Position numbers and translations under genes: made by a program
Source of the DNA: an uncultured Acidimicrobiaceae bacterium
GTDB lineage: Bacteria > Actinomycetota > Acidimicrobiia > Acidimicrobiales > Bog-793
NCBI GenBank assembly: GCA_963719125.1
Contig: CAVRAT010000012.1
Span: forward strand, 133,031 to 197,030
Length of the DNA: 64,000 nt
Reading direction: 5' to 3'
Shown here: piece by piece, positions 35,062-43,850 of the stretch
Layout: each line of letters opens with the position of its first letter
Position numbering within the stretch: the stretch's first letter is position 1
Notes under the pieces: model-generated
Seen by the model: only the letters and a program-made list of their open reading frames with translations
What the model was told of the DNA's origin: nothing
Databases searched by the model: none

Positions 35062-38000
35062 ATGGCAGTGACATCGATCATGAATAGACGGCGCCGACCG
35101 GGCCGCCTCGCAATGCTCCCCGCCGTGGCGCTCGTCTTCGCGCTCGGCCTCGGCACCGGCGCGTGCTTCGGCGCAAACGGGGCCGCTGCCACGACGCGGT
35201 TCGGCAACGCCGCGGCGGGGCAAAGCACCGGGAGCACCGCGAACACCCCGTCGGGCGCCTCGAAGCCGGGCGGGAGCATGCAGCTGGCCGTGACGCCCGA
35301 GATCGCCTACGACCTCGTCGAGGCCAACGGCGAGGTGGAGTCACTCGGCGGAGCCGCCTACTACGGCTCCGCGTACGGCACGTACCTCACCGCTCCCATC
35401 GTCGCTATCATCTCCACGCCCGATCTGAAGGGTTACTGGCTGATCGGCGCCGACGCCACCGTCTACCCGCTCGGGGACGCCCGCAACGAGGGCGGCGCCG
35501 GGGGCAGCGTGCGGGCGGACCCGGTCGTCGCCGCCGCCGCGACCCCGGACGGCGACGGCTACTGGCTCGTCACCTCCTCAGGCAAGGTGATGGCCTTCGG
35601 CGACGCCGTGAGCTACGGCTCGATCACCCAGCCGATAAGAGCCCACGTCGTGGGGATCGTGGCCACCCCCGACGGGAGGGGATACTGGATCGCCTGCAAC
35701 ACCGGCGGAGTCTTCAACTTCGGTGACGCGGCCTTCCACGGGTCCGCCAAGGCCGGCACGCCAGGTCTCGGCATCGTCGCGATGGCGGCGACGCACGACG
35801 GCGGCGGGTACTGGCTCGCAGATGCGGACGGCACCGTGTTCAGCTTCGGCGACGCGCCTCACCTCGCACCGACATCCCCGGTTGACTTCACATCGCCCGT
35901 TGTGGGCTTCAGCGTCACCCCTGACGGCGAAGGGGCCTGGATGGCGGAGGAGAACGGCACCGTCGTGAACCTCGGCACGGCGACCGCCGACGGCTCGCTC
36001 GCCAGTTCGCTGGCCACCTCCCCGGTGACCTCTGTCGCCGCGGTCGTGGTGCCACCTCCGAGCAATGTCGCCTACGACCTGGCGGAGGCCAACGGCAAGG
36101 TGGAGGCGCTCGGGGGGGCCGCCTACTACGGCTCCGCCTACGACTTGGCACTTGTCGCGCCCATCGTCGCGCTGGTCTCCACGCCCGATCGCAAGGGTTA
36201 CTGGCTGGTCGGCGCCGACGGGAGCGTCTACCCGTTCGGCGATGCCATCTATGAGGGCGGCGCCGGGGGCAAGGTGAGGCCGGACCCGGTCCTTGCCGCA
36301 GCCGCGACGCCGGACGGCGCCGGTTATTGGCTGGTCACCTCGTCCGGCCAAGTGATGGCCTTCGGCGACGCCGTCAACTTCGGCTCGCTCTCGCCGACGA
36401 TCGGGGCGCACGTCGTGTCGATAGTTGCCACGAAGGACGGTGGGGGGTACTGGATCACGCTCAGCTCAGGGGGCGTGTTCACTTTCGGGGACGCGCAGGT
36501 GTACTGGGGGCCGGACGTCGTAGGGCTCCCGATTGTCGCGATGGCGGCGACGCCGGACGGAGGCGGGTACTGGCTCTTGGCCGCGGACGGGACCGTGTTC
36601 AGCTTCGGCGACGCGCAGCAGCTCGCACCGCTGTCCCCGCTGAGTGCCAAGTCTCCGATCGTGGGTCTCACCGTCACGCCAGAAGGCACAGGGGCATGGA
36701 TAGCAGAGGAGAACGGCACGGTCGTCAACCTCGGCACAGCGACCGCCCACGGTTCGCTCACCGGTGTGCCGGCCGCCTCGCCGGTCACCTCGATCACCGC
36801 CATACTGATGCCGACTCCGGACACCCTCGCCTACGACCTGGTGGAGGCAAACGGAAGAGTGGCGGCGGTCGGCAGAGCCGCCTATTTCGGCTCGGCCTTC
36901 GGCAAGCACCTCGTCGCTCCCGTCATCGCCCTCGTCCCCACGCCCGATCGCAAGGGTTACTGGCTGGTCGGCGCCGACGGTAGCGTCTACGCCTTCGGGG
37001 ACGCCGAGTACGAGGGCGGGGCAGGGGGCAAGGTGCGACGGAACCCCGTCGTGGCCGCCGCTACGACTCCGGACGGCGGCGGGTACTGGCTCGTCACCTC
37101 CTCCGGCGGTGTGATGGCCTTCGGTGACGCGAGGAACCATGGATCGATGACATGCCCGGCCTCGGGGCACGTCATCTCGCTCGTGGCCACCACCGACGGG
37201 CAGGGGTACTGGATCGCTTGCAGCACCGGGGGCGTCTTCAACTTCGGCGACGCCAGGTTCTTCGGTTCGTTGAACGCCGCCACCGCCGGGCTACCCATCG
37301 TCGCCATGGCGGCGACGCCCGACGACGACGGCTACTGGCTCGCCGACGCCAACGGGACGGTCCTCAGCTTCGGCGACGCGCGCCACCTCGCCCGGTTCGC
37401 GCCTGTGAGGGCTGCCTCGCCCGTCGTCGGCCTCGCGGTCACCCCCGACGGCACCGGCGACTGGATGGCGGAGGAGAACGGGACCGTCCTCAGCTTCGGC
37501 ACCGCGGCTGTCCACGGCACGCTCACGGGCACTCTCGCGACCTCGCCGGTCACCTCCATCGCCGCCATGCCCGTCCAGACGGTCTCCCCGCTCAGGTACC
37601 CGAGCGGCAGCTTCGGCTACGACATCAACTGGCCCCAATGCGCCGGCCCCGGGTCGCCCGAGACGGCCGCTCTCCCCGGCCCGCCGTCGTATCCGTCCGG
37701 CACCCTCAACTACACCGTCGCCGTCGTCGGCGTCGACGGATGGGCTGTGGGCGATGACAACCCCTGCCTCGAAGCGGAGGTCAAATGGGCGGCGAGTTCG
37801 GTCGGGACCGAGGGCGCACCTTACGAGCTGTACATGTTCCTCAACTCCCCGTCCCCGTCGGACACGACCGACCAGCAGGGCCCGGCCGGCACGTGCTCCG
37901 CCGTCGCCGCGGCGGGCCAGCCAGCCTGCCTCGCCTACAACTACGGCTACAACGCGGCTCAGGCCGCGGTGGAGTACGCGAGCTCGCAGGGCGCCTCGTC

Positions 38001-38379
38001 CCCGGTGTGGTGGCTCGACGTCGAGAACGACCTCTGCGGCCAGTACTGGTCCTGCAACCAGGCGCTGAACTCGCTCACGATCCAGGGCGCGCTCGACTAC
38101 CTGCACTCTTTGAAGATCACTGCCGGGATCTACTCGACCTCTGTGCAGTGGCAGGGGATCACAGGCGGCTACGTGCCGCCCGGCCCGCAGATCCCCATCT
38201 GGGTGGCCGGTGCCTACTGGACCTCACCGCCCTACCCGTCGAGCTACGGTTACTACTCGCCGGCGGCGCTCGAACCTTACTGCGGCGCGAAGTACGCCTT
38301 TGCCGGCGGCGACACATGGTTGTTGCAGGAGACGCCGGGACCGAACGACTATCCCTTCGACCCCGACTACGCCTGCTGA
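35062..38379 (+). CDS. exported 1105-aa protein: 3 x six-blade propeller-like repeat modules plus a C-terminal GH25/DUF1906 (Rv2525c)-like glycoside-hydrolase-fold domain
   Basis: Arg-rich n-region plus hydrophobic core (MNRRRRPGRLAMLPAVALVFALGLGTGAC). It carries 18 copies of a ~42-aa unit (..TPDGxGYWLxxxxGxVxxFGDAxxxG..). The C-terminal domain has GYDINWPQC, WWLDVEND and IPIWVAGA. SD-like GAGGTG lies before the ATG. Confidence 0.85.
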   Translation: MAVTSIMNRRRRPGRLAMLPAVALVFALGLGTGACFGANGAAATTRFGNAAAGQSTGSTANTPSGASKPGGSMQLAVTPEIAYDLVEANGEVESLGGAAYYGSAYGTYLTAPIVAIISTPDLKGYWLIGADATVYPLGDARNEGGAGGSVRADPVVAAAATPDGDGYWLVTSSGKVMAFGDAVSYGSITQPIRAHVVGIVATPDGRGYWIACNTGGVFNFGDAAFHGSAKAGTPGLGIVAMAATHDGGGYWLADADGTVFSFGDAPHLAPTSPVDFTSPVVGFSVTPDGEGAWMAEENGTVVNLGTATADGSLASSLATSPVTSVAAVVVPPPSNVAYDLAEANGKVEALGGAAYYGSAYDLALVAPIVALVSTPDRKGYWLVGADGSVYPFGDAIYEGGAGGKVRPDPVLAAAATPDGAGYWLVTSSGQVMAFGDAVNFGSLSPTIGAHVVSIVATKDGGGYWITLSSGGVFTFGDAQVYWGPDVVGLPIVAMAATPDGGGYWLLAADGTVFSFGDAQQLAPLSPLSAKSPIVGLTVTPEGTGAWIAEENGTVVNLGTATAHGSLTGVPAASPVTSITAILMPTPDTLAYDLVEANGRVAAVGRAAYFGSAFGKHLVAPVIALVPTPDRKGYWLVGADGSVYAFGDAEYEGGAGGKVRRNPVVAAATTPDGGGYWLVTSSGGVMAFGDARNHGSMTCPASGHVISLVATTDGQGYWIACSTGGVFNFGDARFFGSLNAATAGLPIVAMAATPDDDGYWLADANGTVLSFGDARHLARFAPVRAASPVVGLAVTPDGTGDWMAEENGTVLSFGTAAVHGTLTGTLATSPVTSIAAMPVQTVSPLRYPSGSFGYDINWPQCAGPGSPETAALPGPPSYPSGTLNYTVAVVGVDGWAVGDDNPCLEAEVKWAASSVGTEGAPYELYMFLNSPSPSDTTDQQGPAGTCSAVAAAGQPACLAYNYGYNAAQAAVEYASSQGASSPVWWLDVENDLCGQYWSCNQALNSLTIQGALDYLHSLKITAGIYSTSVQWQGITGGYVPPGPQIPIWVAGAYWTSPPYPSSYGYYSPAALEPYCGAKYAFAGGDTWLLQETPGPNDYPFDPDYAC
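35305..37590 (+). repeat. three tandem ~760-bp coding repeats (unit starts 35305, 36070, 36829)
   Basis: Each unit opens gcctacgacct.. (AYDL[VA]EANG). Periods are 765 and 759 bp. Nucleotide identity is roughly 80% by eye. Confidence 0.9.
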
Positions 38380-38398
38380 GCCGGCCGTAACCCCCGTC

Positions 38399-39157
38399 TC
38401 AGGCGCGGGCCACCAGGCCCGGCTCCTCCTGGCCGACCCACGGGGGGGCGGCAATCCGCAGCCCACGCGGCTCACCCGGCCGGCGCGGATCGAGGTGGGC
38501 GGCGTCGTTGAACCGGACGAGCCACCACCGGGACCCCGTGAAGGCCCACTCGGTCATCGACGCGTTGTCCGGGAAGAGCCGGACCAGGCTGCCGTGCGAA
38601 GGCAGGCCGAGGAACCGGACGAGGGAAGCCTCGATGATGCCTCCGTGGCCCGACACCACGACGAGCTCGCCCGGATGCGCCTCGGCGAGGCTGTACAGGG
38701 CGTCCTCCGCCCTGTCGAGGAGCTCGATCCGGCTCTCCCCGCCGGGTGAGAGCGGCCGTTCGGGATCGTCTCCTGGCAACAGGCGCCCGTAGCGCTCGTC
38801 GAACTGGCTCCATGTGAGCCCGTCCGCCTCGCCCGGGTGCCGCTCGCAGAGCGCGCACCTCGCCTCATAGGTGACGTCCCCGAGGGCCGGCAGCAGGATC
38901 TCCGCCGTCTCCACGGCGCGGCGAAGCACGCTCGAGTACAACGCCGCGGCACCGTCGAGCTCGCCCGTGCGTTCGAGGCGGCCGGCGAGGGCGCGGACCT
39001 GCAGCCGGCCTCGCTCGGTGAGCCCCCGGCAGCCGAGATGCCCCCCGATCAGGTCCTCGGCGTTGCTCACGGCCTCGCCGTGGCGGATTACGACGAGCCG
39101 CGTGCCTGGCGCGACCCGCCTTTCGGGCGCGAACTGCCGCGCGAAGGCGATCGCCAT
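38399..39157 (-). CDS. histidine phosphatase (phosphoglycerate-mutase-like) family protein
   Basis: LVVIRHGEAVSN (RHG motif), a downstream VVSGHGG, and ATG at 39157. Confidence 0.82.
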   Translation of the reverse strand: MAIAFARQFAPERRVAPGTRLVVIRHGEAVSNAEDLIGGHLGCRGLTERGRLQVRALAGRLERTGELDGAAALYSSVLRRAVETAEILLPALGDVTYEARCALCERHPGEADGLTWSQFDERYGRLLPGDDPERPLSPGGESRIELLDRAEDALYSLAEAHPGELVVVSGHGGIIEASLVRFLGLPSHGSLVRLFPDNASMTEWAFTGSRWWLVRFNDAAHLDPRRPGEPRGLRIAAPPWVGQEEPGLVARA

Positions 39158-39212
39158 GGCACGAACAATACCGGCTGATCTCACCGCCAGGGCGCCCCGA
39201 GGGGCGCCCGTG

Positions 39213-40715
39213 TCACACCAGGTGCTCGACGAAAGCCTGCAGCTGGCGCAGGTTCCGGCACTCGTAGGCGGCGTCGCAGTACTGGGCGTACTGCTCGAGG
39301 ATCGAGTCACCGCTCCCCCAGTACGAGCGGGGCTCGGGGTTCAACCAGAACACTCTGCGCGCCCGGTTGCGAAGCTCGCGGACGACCCAGGCCTGGGAGG
39401 CGTGGTAGTTGTTCCGGGCATCGCCGAGCAGGAGGATGCTCGCCTTCGGCCCGATCTCATGGCCCCACCGTTCGTAGAAGACGGTGAGGGCGTGCCCGTA
39501 GTCGGAGTGCCCGTCCACCCAGACCACGTCCGCCTCGAGGTTGACGCGGTGCACCGCCTCGGTCACGGTGTCGGATCGGTCGAAGATCCCGGTCACCTCG
39601 TCGATGCCGTCGATGAACACGAAGCTGCGCACCTTGGAGAACTGCGACGCGATCGCGTAGACCAGATGGAGCGTGAAACGGGCGAACGCCGCCACCGAAC
39701 CCGAGATGTCGGCGATCACCCAGATCTCGGGCTTGGACTGTTTGGGATGCTTGAAGCGCGGCTCGGCCGGCACGCCCCCGTAGGAGAGCGAGTGCCTCAT
39801 GGTCGAGCGGAAGTCCAAGGGTCCTTTGCGCAAGTGACGGCGCTTGCGGGCGAGGCGGGTGGCCAGCTTGCGGGTGAGAGGCTGGATTGCCTTGCGCATC
39901 GACTCGAGCTCGTCGCGCGTGGCGTGCATGAACTCGACGTCCTCCGGCAGGGGCTTGCGAACGCTCCGCGCGAGCGCCTCGGCTCCCCGATCGGCGACCA
40001 GCCGGCGCCTTATCTCGGCTTCGATCTCTTTCTTGAGCTCGTCGACGCGGGCCCGGTACTCGTCCTCGAGGAGCCGCTCCTCCAAGGCGGTCAGGCGGCC
40101 CGGGCGCCGGCCTCGCAGCACCGGCCCCCTTGGGGCCTCCTCGTCCGTCGCGCCGGGGGGCTCGCCACCGTCGCTCGCCAGCACTCGTGCCTCGGCCACG
40201 AGCCGGGCGAGCACGCTGTCGAGGTCGAGATTCCGCAGCGTCCTGTACAGGTAGTAGGTGCCACCGACGGGACGCCCCGCCTCTATCGCCGCATAGCGCG
40301 CCACCGCGAGCCGTGCGACGGCACCGAGCAGGACCTGATCGCCCTGCCGGAGGGCTTTGAACAGCATCGCCGCGATCTCCTCGGGCGTGACCTGCTCCGG
40401 GCTGCCGCCTTGCGAAGGCGCCCGACCCTCGCCCTCCCCCGGGGCCTGCCCGAGGCGCACGTCGGAGGAATTGTCATCCTCGCTGACCGAGAATTGCGGG
40501 CCTCGCATCGAGAAGTAGATCTCGAAGGCGGTGTCGAAAGCCCGCCAGTGGTTCGCTGACTTCACAAGTGTCGCGCCGAGGGCGAACTTGATGGCTTGTC
40601 GGTCCTCGAGCGGCAGGTGGCAGACGGCCTCGGCCGCGTCGGCCTCCTCGGCTACCGACACGGGAAGCCCGGCGCGGCGGAGCTCCGCCACGAACCCGGT
40701 GAGGACGTCAAGCAC
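39213..40715 (-). CDS. VWA-domain protein, CoxE-like
   Basis: N-terminal CoxE-type region (MLDVLTGFVAELRRAGLPVS...). C-terminal VWA domain with MIDAS VIADISGSV. Confidence 0.82.
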   Translation of the reverse strand: MLDVLTGFVAELRRAGLPVSVAEEADAAEAVCHLPLEDRQAIKFALGATLVKSANHWRAFDTAFEIYFSMRGPQFSVSEDDNSSDVRLGQAPGEGEGRAPSQGGSPEQVTPEEIAAMLFKALRQGDQVLLGAVARLAVARYAAIEAGRPVGGTYYLYRTLRNLDLDSVLARLVAEARVLASDGGEPPGATDEEAPRGPVLRGRRPGRLTALEERLLEDEYRARVDELKKEIEAEIRRRLVADRGAEALARSVRKPLPEDVEFMHATRDELESMRKAIQPLTRKLATRLARKRRHLRKGPLDFRSTMRHSLSYGGVPAEPRFKHPKQSKPEIWVIADISGSVAAFARFTLHLVYAIASQFSKVRSFVFIDGIDEVTGIFDRSDTVTEAVHRVNLEADVVWVDGHSDYGHALTVFYERWGHEIGPKASILLLGDARNNYHASQAWVVRELRNRARRVFWLNPEPRSYWGSGDSILEQYAQYCDAAYECRNLRQLQAFVEHLV

Positions 40716-40744
40716 GGGCGCTCTATCCGCTCAGTGACCGGCCG

Positions 40745-41662
40745 TCAGTACCCGGACGCGACCGCAAGCTCCTTTGCCGCGACTTCGATGTCGGACCGGT
40801 GTTTCAAAAGCACGTGCAGGGTGGAGCGCGCCGTGTCCGCGTCGACTGCCTCGATCCCGAGCAGCACGAGCGTCCGGGCCCAGTCGATCGTCTCGGAGAC
40901 GGACGGGTGCTTCTTCAAGTCGAGCGCCCGCAGCGACCTGACGATCCTCGCGATCTGGTCCGCCAGCTCCTCGGTCACTTGCGGGACCTTGGCAAGCACG
41001 ATTGCCCGTTCGCGCTCGAGGGTCGGGTAGTCGAGGTGCAAGAACAGGCAACGCCGCTTCAGGGCCTCGGAAAGGTCCCGGGTGTTGTTGGAGGTGAGGA
41101 ACACGAGGGGGATCTGGGTGGCACGGATCGTGCCGAGCTCCGGGATCGAGACCTGGTAGTCGGAAAGCACCTCGAGGAGCAGCGCCTCGGTCTCGATCTC
41201 GAGACGGTCGATCTCGTCGACGAGCAGCACGACCGGATCGGTGGCGCGGATCGCCTCGAGCAGGGGCCGGGCCAAGAGGAACTCCTCGGAGAACAAATCT
41301 TCCTCGAGCGACTCCCAGCCAGGCGGTCGTGCGCCGCCACTTTCTTCGGCCCCGCGCTCGACCTGGATGCGCAAGAGCTGTTTCTTGTAATTCCACTCGT
41401 AGAGCGCCTTGGCCTCGTCGAGGCCCTCGTAGCACTGCAGGCGTATGAGCCGGGCGTGAAGGAACGATGCCGTCGACTTCGCGAGCTCGGTCTTGCCGGT
41501 GCCGGCAGGGCCTTCGACGAGGATGGGCTTGGCAAGCCTGTCGCCGAGGTACACGACGCCGGCGAGGCCATCGTCGGCGATGTAGCCGGCCGATGCCAGC
41601 CCTTCTCGAACCTCGTCGACCGACCGAAAACGAGGTGCAGCCTTCCCGGGACCGGTGATCAC
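40745..41662 (-). CDS. MoxR-family AAA+ ATPase (CoxD-like)
   Basis: Walker A EGPAGTGKT, Walker B VLLVDEIDR, and LQCYEGLDEAKALYEWNY. The GTG at 41662 overlaps the proA stop (GTGA). Confidence 0.88.
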   Translation of the reverse strand: MITGPGKAAPRFRSVDEVREGLASAGYIADDGLAGVVYLGDRLAKPILVEGPAGTGKTELAKSTASFLHARLIRLQCYEGLDEAKALYEWNYKKQLLRIQVERGAEESGGARPPGWESLEEDLFSEEFLLARPLLEAIRATDPVVLLVDEIDRLEIETEALLLEVLSDYQVSIPELGTIRATQIPLVFLTSNNTRDLSEALKRRCLFLHLDYPTLERERAIVLAKVPQVTEELADQIARIVRSLRALDLKKHPSVSETIDWARTLVLLGIEAVDADTARSTLHVLLKHRSDIEVAAKELAVASGY

Positions 41663-42906
41663 GTCCGGATCTGCCCTTCCCCGTACACGACGTACTTGAC
41701 GCACGTCAGCTCCCTCAGGCCCATCGGCCCCCGTGCATGCAGCTTCTGGGTCGAGATGCCGACCTCGGCGCCGAGGCCGAGCTCCCCGCCGTCTATGAAC
41801 CTCGTCGAGGCGTTGACGAGCACGGCTGCCGCGTCCACCTGCCGGACAAAGCGCGTGGCAGCCGCGAGGTCCGAGGTGATGATCGCCTCCGAGTGCCCGG
41901 AGCCGAACCGCGCGATATGCGAGATCGCCGCATCGATGTCGTCCACGACACCGACGGCGAGCTCGAGCGCCAGGAATTCGGTGGCGAAGTCCGCCTCCGT
42001 CGCCGGCCGGGACCCCGGCAGCAGGGGCCTCGCACGATCGTCGGCCGCGAGCACGACACCTCCCAGCGCACGGCTCATCCGCGGCAGGAATTCACCGGCA
42101 ACGTCCGCGTGCACCAACAGCGTCTCCGCCGCGTTGCAGACGCTCGGCCTTTGCATCTTCGCATTGACGACGATGCGCTCGGCCATGTCGAGATCGGCCG
42201 CCGCGTCGACGTAGACATGGCAGTTCCCGTCCCCGTCGAGCACGTAGGGAACAGTCGCCTGCTCGAGGATCATCGAGAGCAGCGCCGGCCCGCCCCGAGG
42301 GATCAGGCAGTCGATGACACCTCGCAACCGGACGAATTCGACAGCCGTCTCGTGGGCGGTGTCCTCTACCAAAACGACGGCGTCGGCCGGCAGCCCGGCC
42401 TTCTCGACGCCCTGGCGAAGCGATGCGGCGATGACGCGATTGGACTCGAGAGCCCCGGCTGACCCCCTGAGCAACGCCGCGTTGCCCGCCTTGAGGCACA
42501 GCGCCGCGGCGTCGGCGGTGACGTTCGGGCGGTTCTCGTAGATGATCCCCACGACCCCGAGCGGGACGCGCACCCGCTCGACGCGAAGCCCATTCGGCCG
42601 CACGTGGCCTTCGACGACCTCACCCACCGGATCGGCCAGCAGTGCGACCGCGCGCAGGCCCCCTGCCATGGCCGCCACCCGTGCCTCGGTGAGGCGGAGG
42701 CGATCGACCACCGTCGGCGACGCACCAGACGCGACCGACCGGTCGACGTCGCTCGCGTTCGCGCTCAGGATCTCGTCGGACCGGTCCAAGAGGCGATCGG
42801 CAGCCGATGCGAGCGCCTCGTTCTTCGCCGTGGAAGAGAGCGTGGCGACAAGCCGGGCAGCCGCCTTCGCGCGCCGGCCGAGCTCGGGCAGTGACGTCGT
42901 CGACAT
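41659..42906 (-). CDS. proA: gamma-glutamyl phosphate reductase
   Basis: 415 aa, a full-length ProA-like aldehyde dehydrogenase (..CNAAETLLVH.., ..GHSEAIIT..). Confidence 0.94.
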   Translation of the reverse strand: MSTTSLPELGRRAKAAARLVATLSSTAKNEALASAADRLLDRSDEILSANASDVDRSVASGASPTVVDRLRLTEARVAAMAGGLRAVALLADPVGEVVEGHVRPNGLRVERVRVPLGVVGIIYENRPNVTADAAALCLKAGNAALLRGSAGALESNRVIAASLRQGVEKAGLPADAVVLVEDTAHETAVEFVRLRGVIDCLIPRGGPALLSMILEQATVPYVLDGDGNCHVYVDAAADLDMAERIVVNAKMQRPSVCNAAETLLVHADVAGEFLPRMSRALGGVVLAADDRARPLLPGSRPATEADFATEFLALELAVGVVDDIDAAISHIARFGSGHSEAIITSDLAAATRFVRQVDAAAVLVNASTRFIDGGELGLGAEVGISTQKLHARGPMGLRELTCVKYVVYGEGQIRT

Positions 42907-42936
42907 TGGCTCAGGCTACCTGCCGGGCGCCCGTGA

Positions 42937-43809
42937 CTATTCGGCGCGGAGCCGCTCCACGAGCCGCCCGACCTGCCACGACCGCTCGGCCTCGCCTGCA
43001 GGCGGGCCGTTCAGGTCGGCCGCGGCCTGGCGTGAGCGCTCGGCCGCATCGCGTGCCGCCACCCACGACGGCGCGTACTTCGGGCCTGCACCGCCCACGG
43101 CGAACCGGCCCCAGGGGGTGTCCACCTGGTCGACTTCTGCCACCTTGCGCTCTTCGTGCGCCTCGTAGCGTCGGGTCTCGCGCTCGGCAAGGAACGGGAA
43201 CGCGACATGGCGAACGGCCTCGACCGCCGCCAGCACGGCGTCACGTGCGGCGGCGAGCGTCTCCCATGCGGGGTCGCTCATGATGTCGACACCTTGGCCT
43301 TCGGCCTGGGCGGCGGCGGTGAAGGCGGCATCGCCGATGGCCGTGCTCTCACGGCGCAGCCGCCTTGCCGCCGCGATGCGCGAGACGAAGCCGAGCCTGT
43401 GGGTGTCCGTGCTGGTGCCGTTGTCGAGGTACTGGCGAGCCGACGCGATGATCTCCCCGAGCGACCCGCCGTCCGGAAGCTCCGCTTCGGCGCTACCGGG
43501 GACAATCTCCAAGATGTGCTCGACGCAATCGAGCGCGAAAGCCGCAGCCTGTTTCTCCGACCAGGAGGTGGCGGCGACAAGCCGGGCTGCGCCGGCTTCG
43601 CCGGCGGGCTCGGCCAGAAAGACGCATTCGCCGAGCTCGTCCAAGAGCTGGTCCGCGTCGAGCACCACCGGGGTACCGTGCTCGTCAGGCTCGACGACAT
43701 CTCCCGGCCGCCAACCACCCGCCTCAAGAACTGGCAACGGCCACCTTCTGCGATGGCCGTTGTGGTGCTGCAGGCCATCGGCATCGGTCGCCACGAATCG
43801 ATCGGACAC
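42937..43809 (-). CDS. hypothetical protein (290 aa, soluble, mostly helical by composition)
   Basis: Intact ORF in operon position between proB and proA (gaps of 41 and 30 nt), with GC3-rich codon usage like its neighbours. I recognise no motif. Confidence 0.6.
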   Translation of the reverse strand: MSDRFVATDADGLQHHNGHRRRWPLPVLEAGGWRPGDVVEPDEHGTPVVLDADQLLDELGECVFLAEPAGEAGAARLVAATSWSEKQAAAFALDCVEHILEIVPGSAEAELPDGGSLGEIIASARQYLDNGTSTDTHRLGFVSRIAAARRLRRESTAIGDAAFTAAAQAEGQGVDIMSDPAWETLAAARDAVLAAVEAVRHVAFPFLAERETRRYEAHEERKVAEVDQVDTPWGRFAVGGAGPKYAPSWVAARDAAERSRQAAADLNGPPAGEAERSWQVGRLVERLRAE

Positions 43810-43850
43810 GGCTAACGACCTCCCGGTCAGCTCAACAAGGCTGTCACACG

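Noticed and set aside
35631-35638. GCCGATAA, the sigma-28/WhiG-type -10 consensus
   Set aside because: It lies inside the giant ORF and has no TAAA-like -35 element at the right spacing, so it is a chance match.
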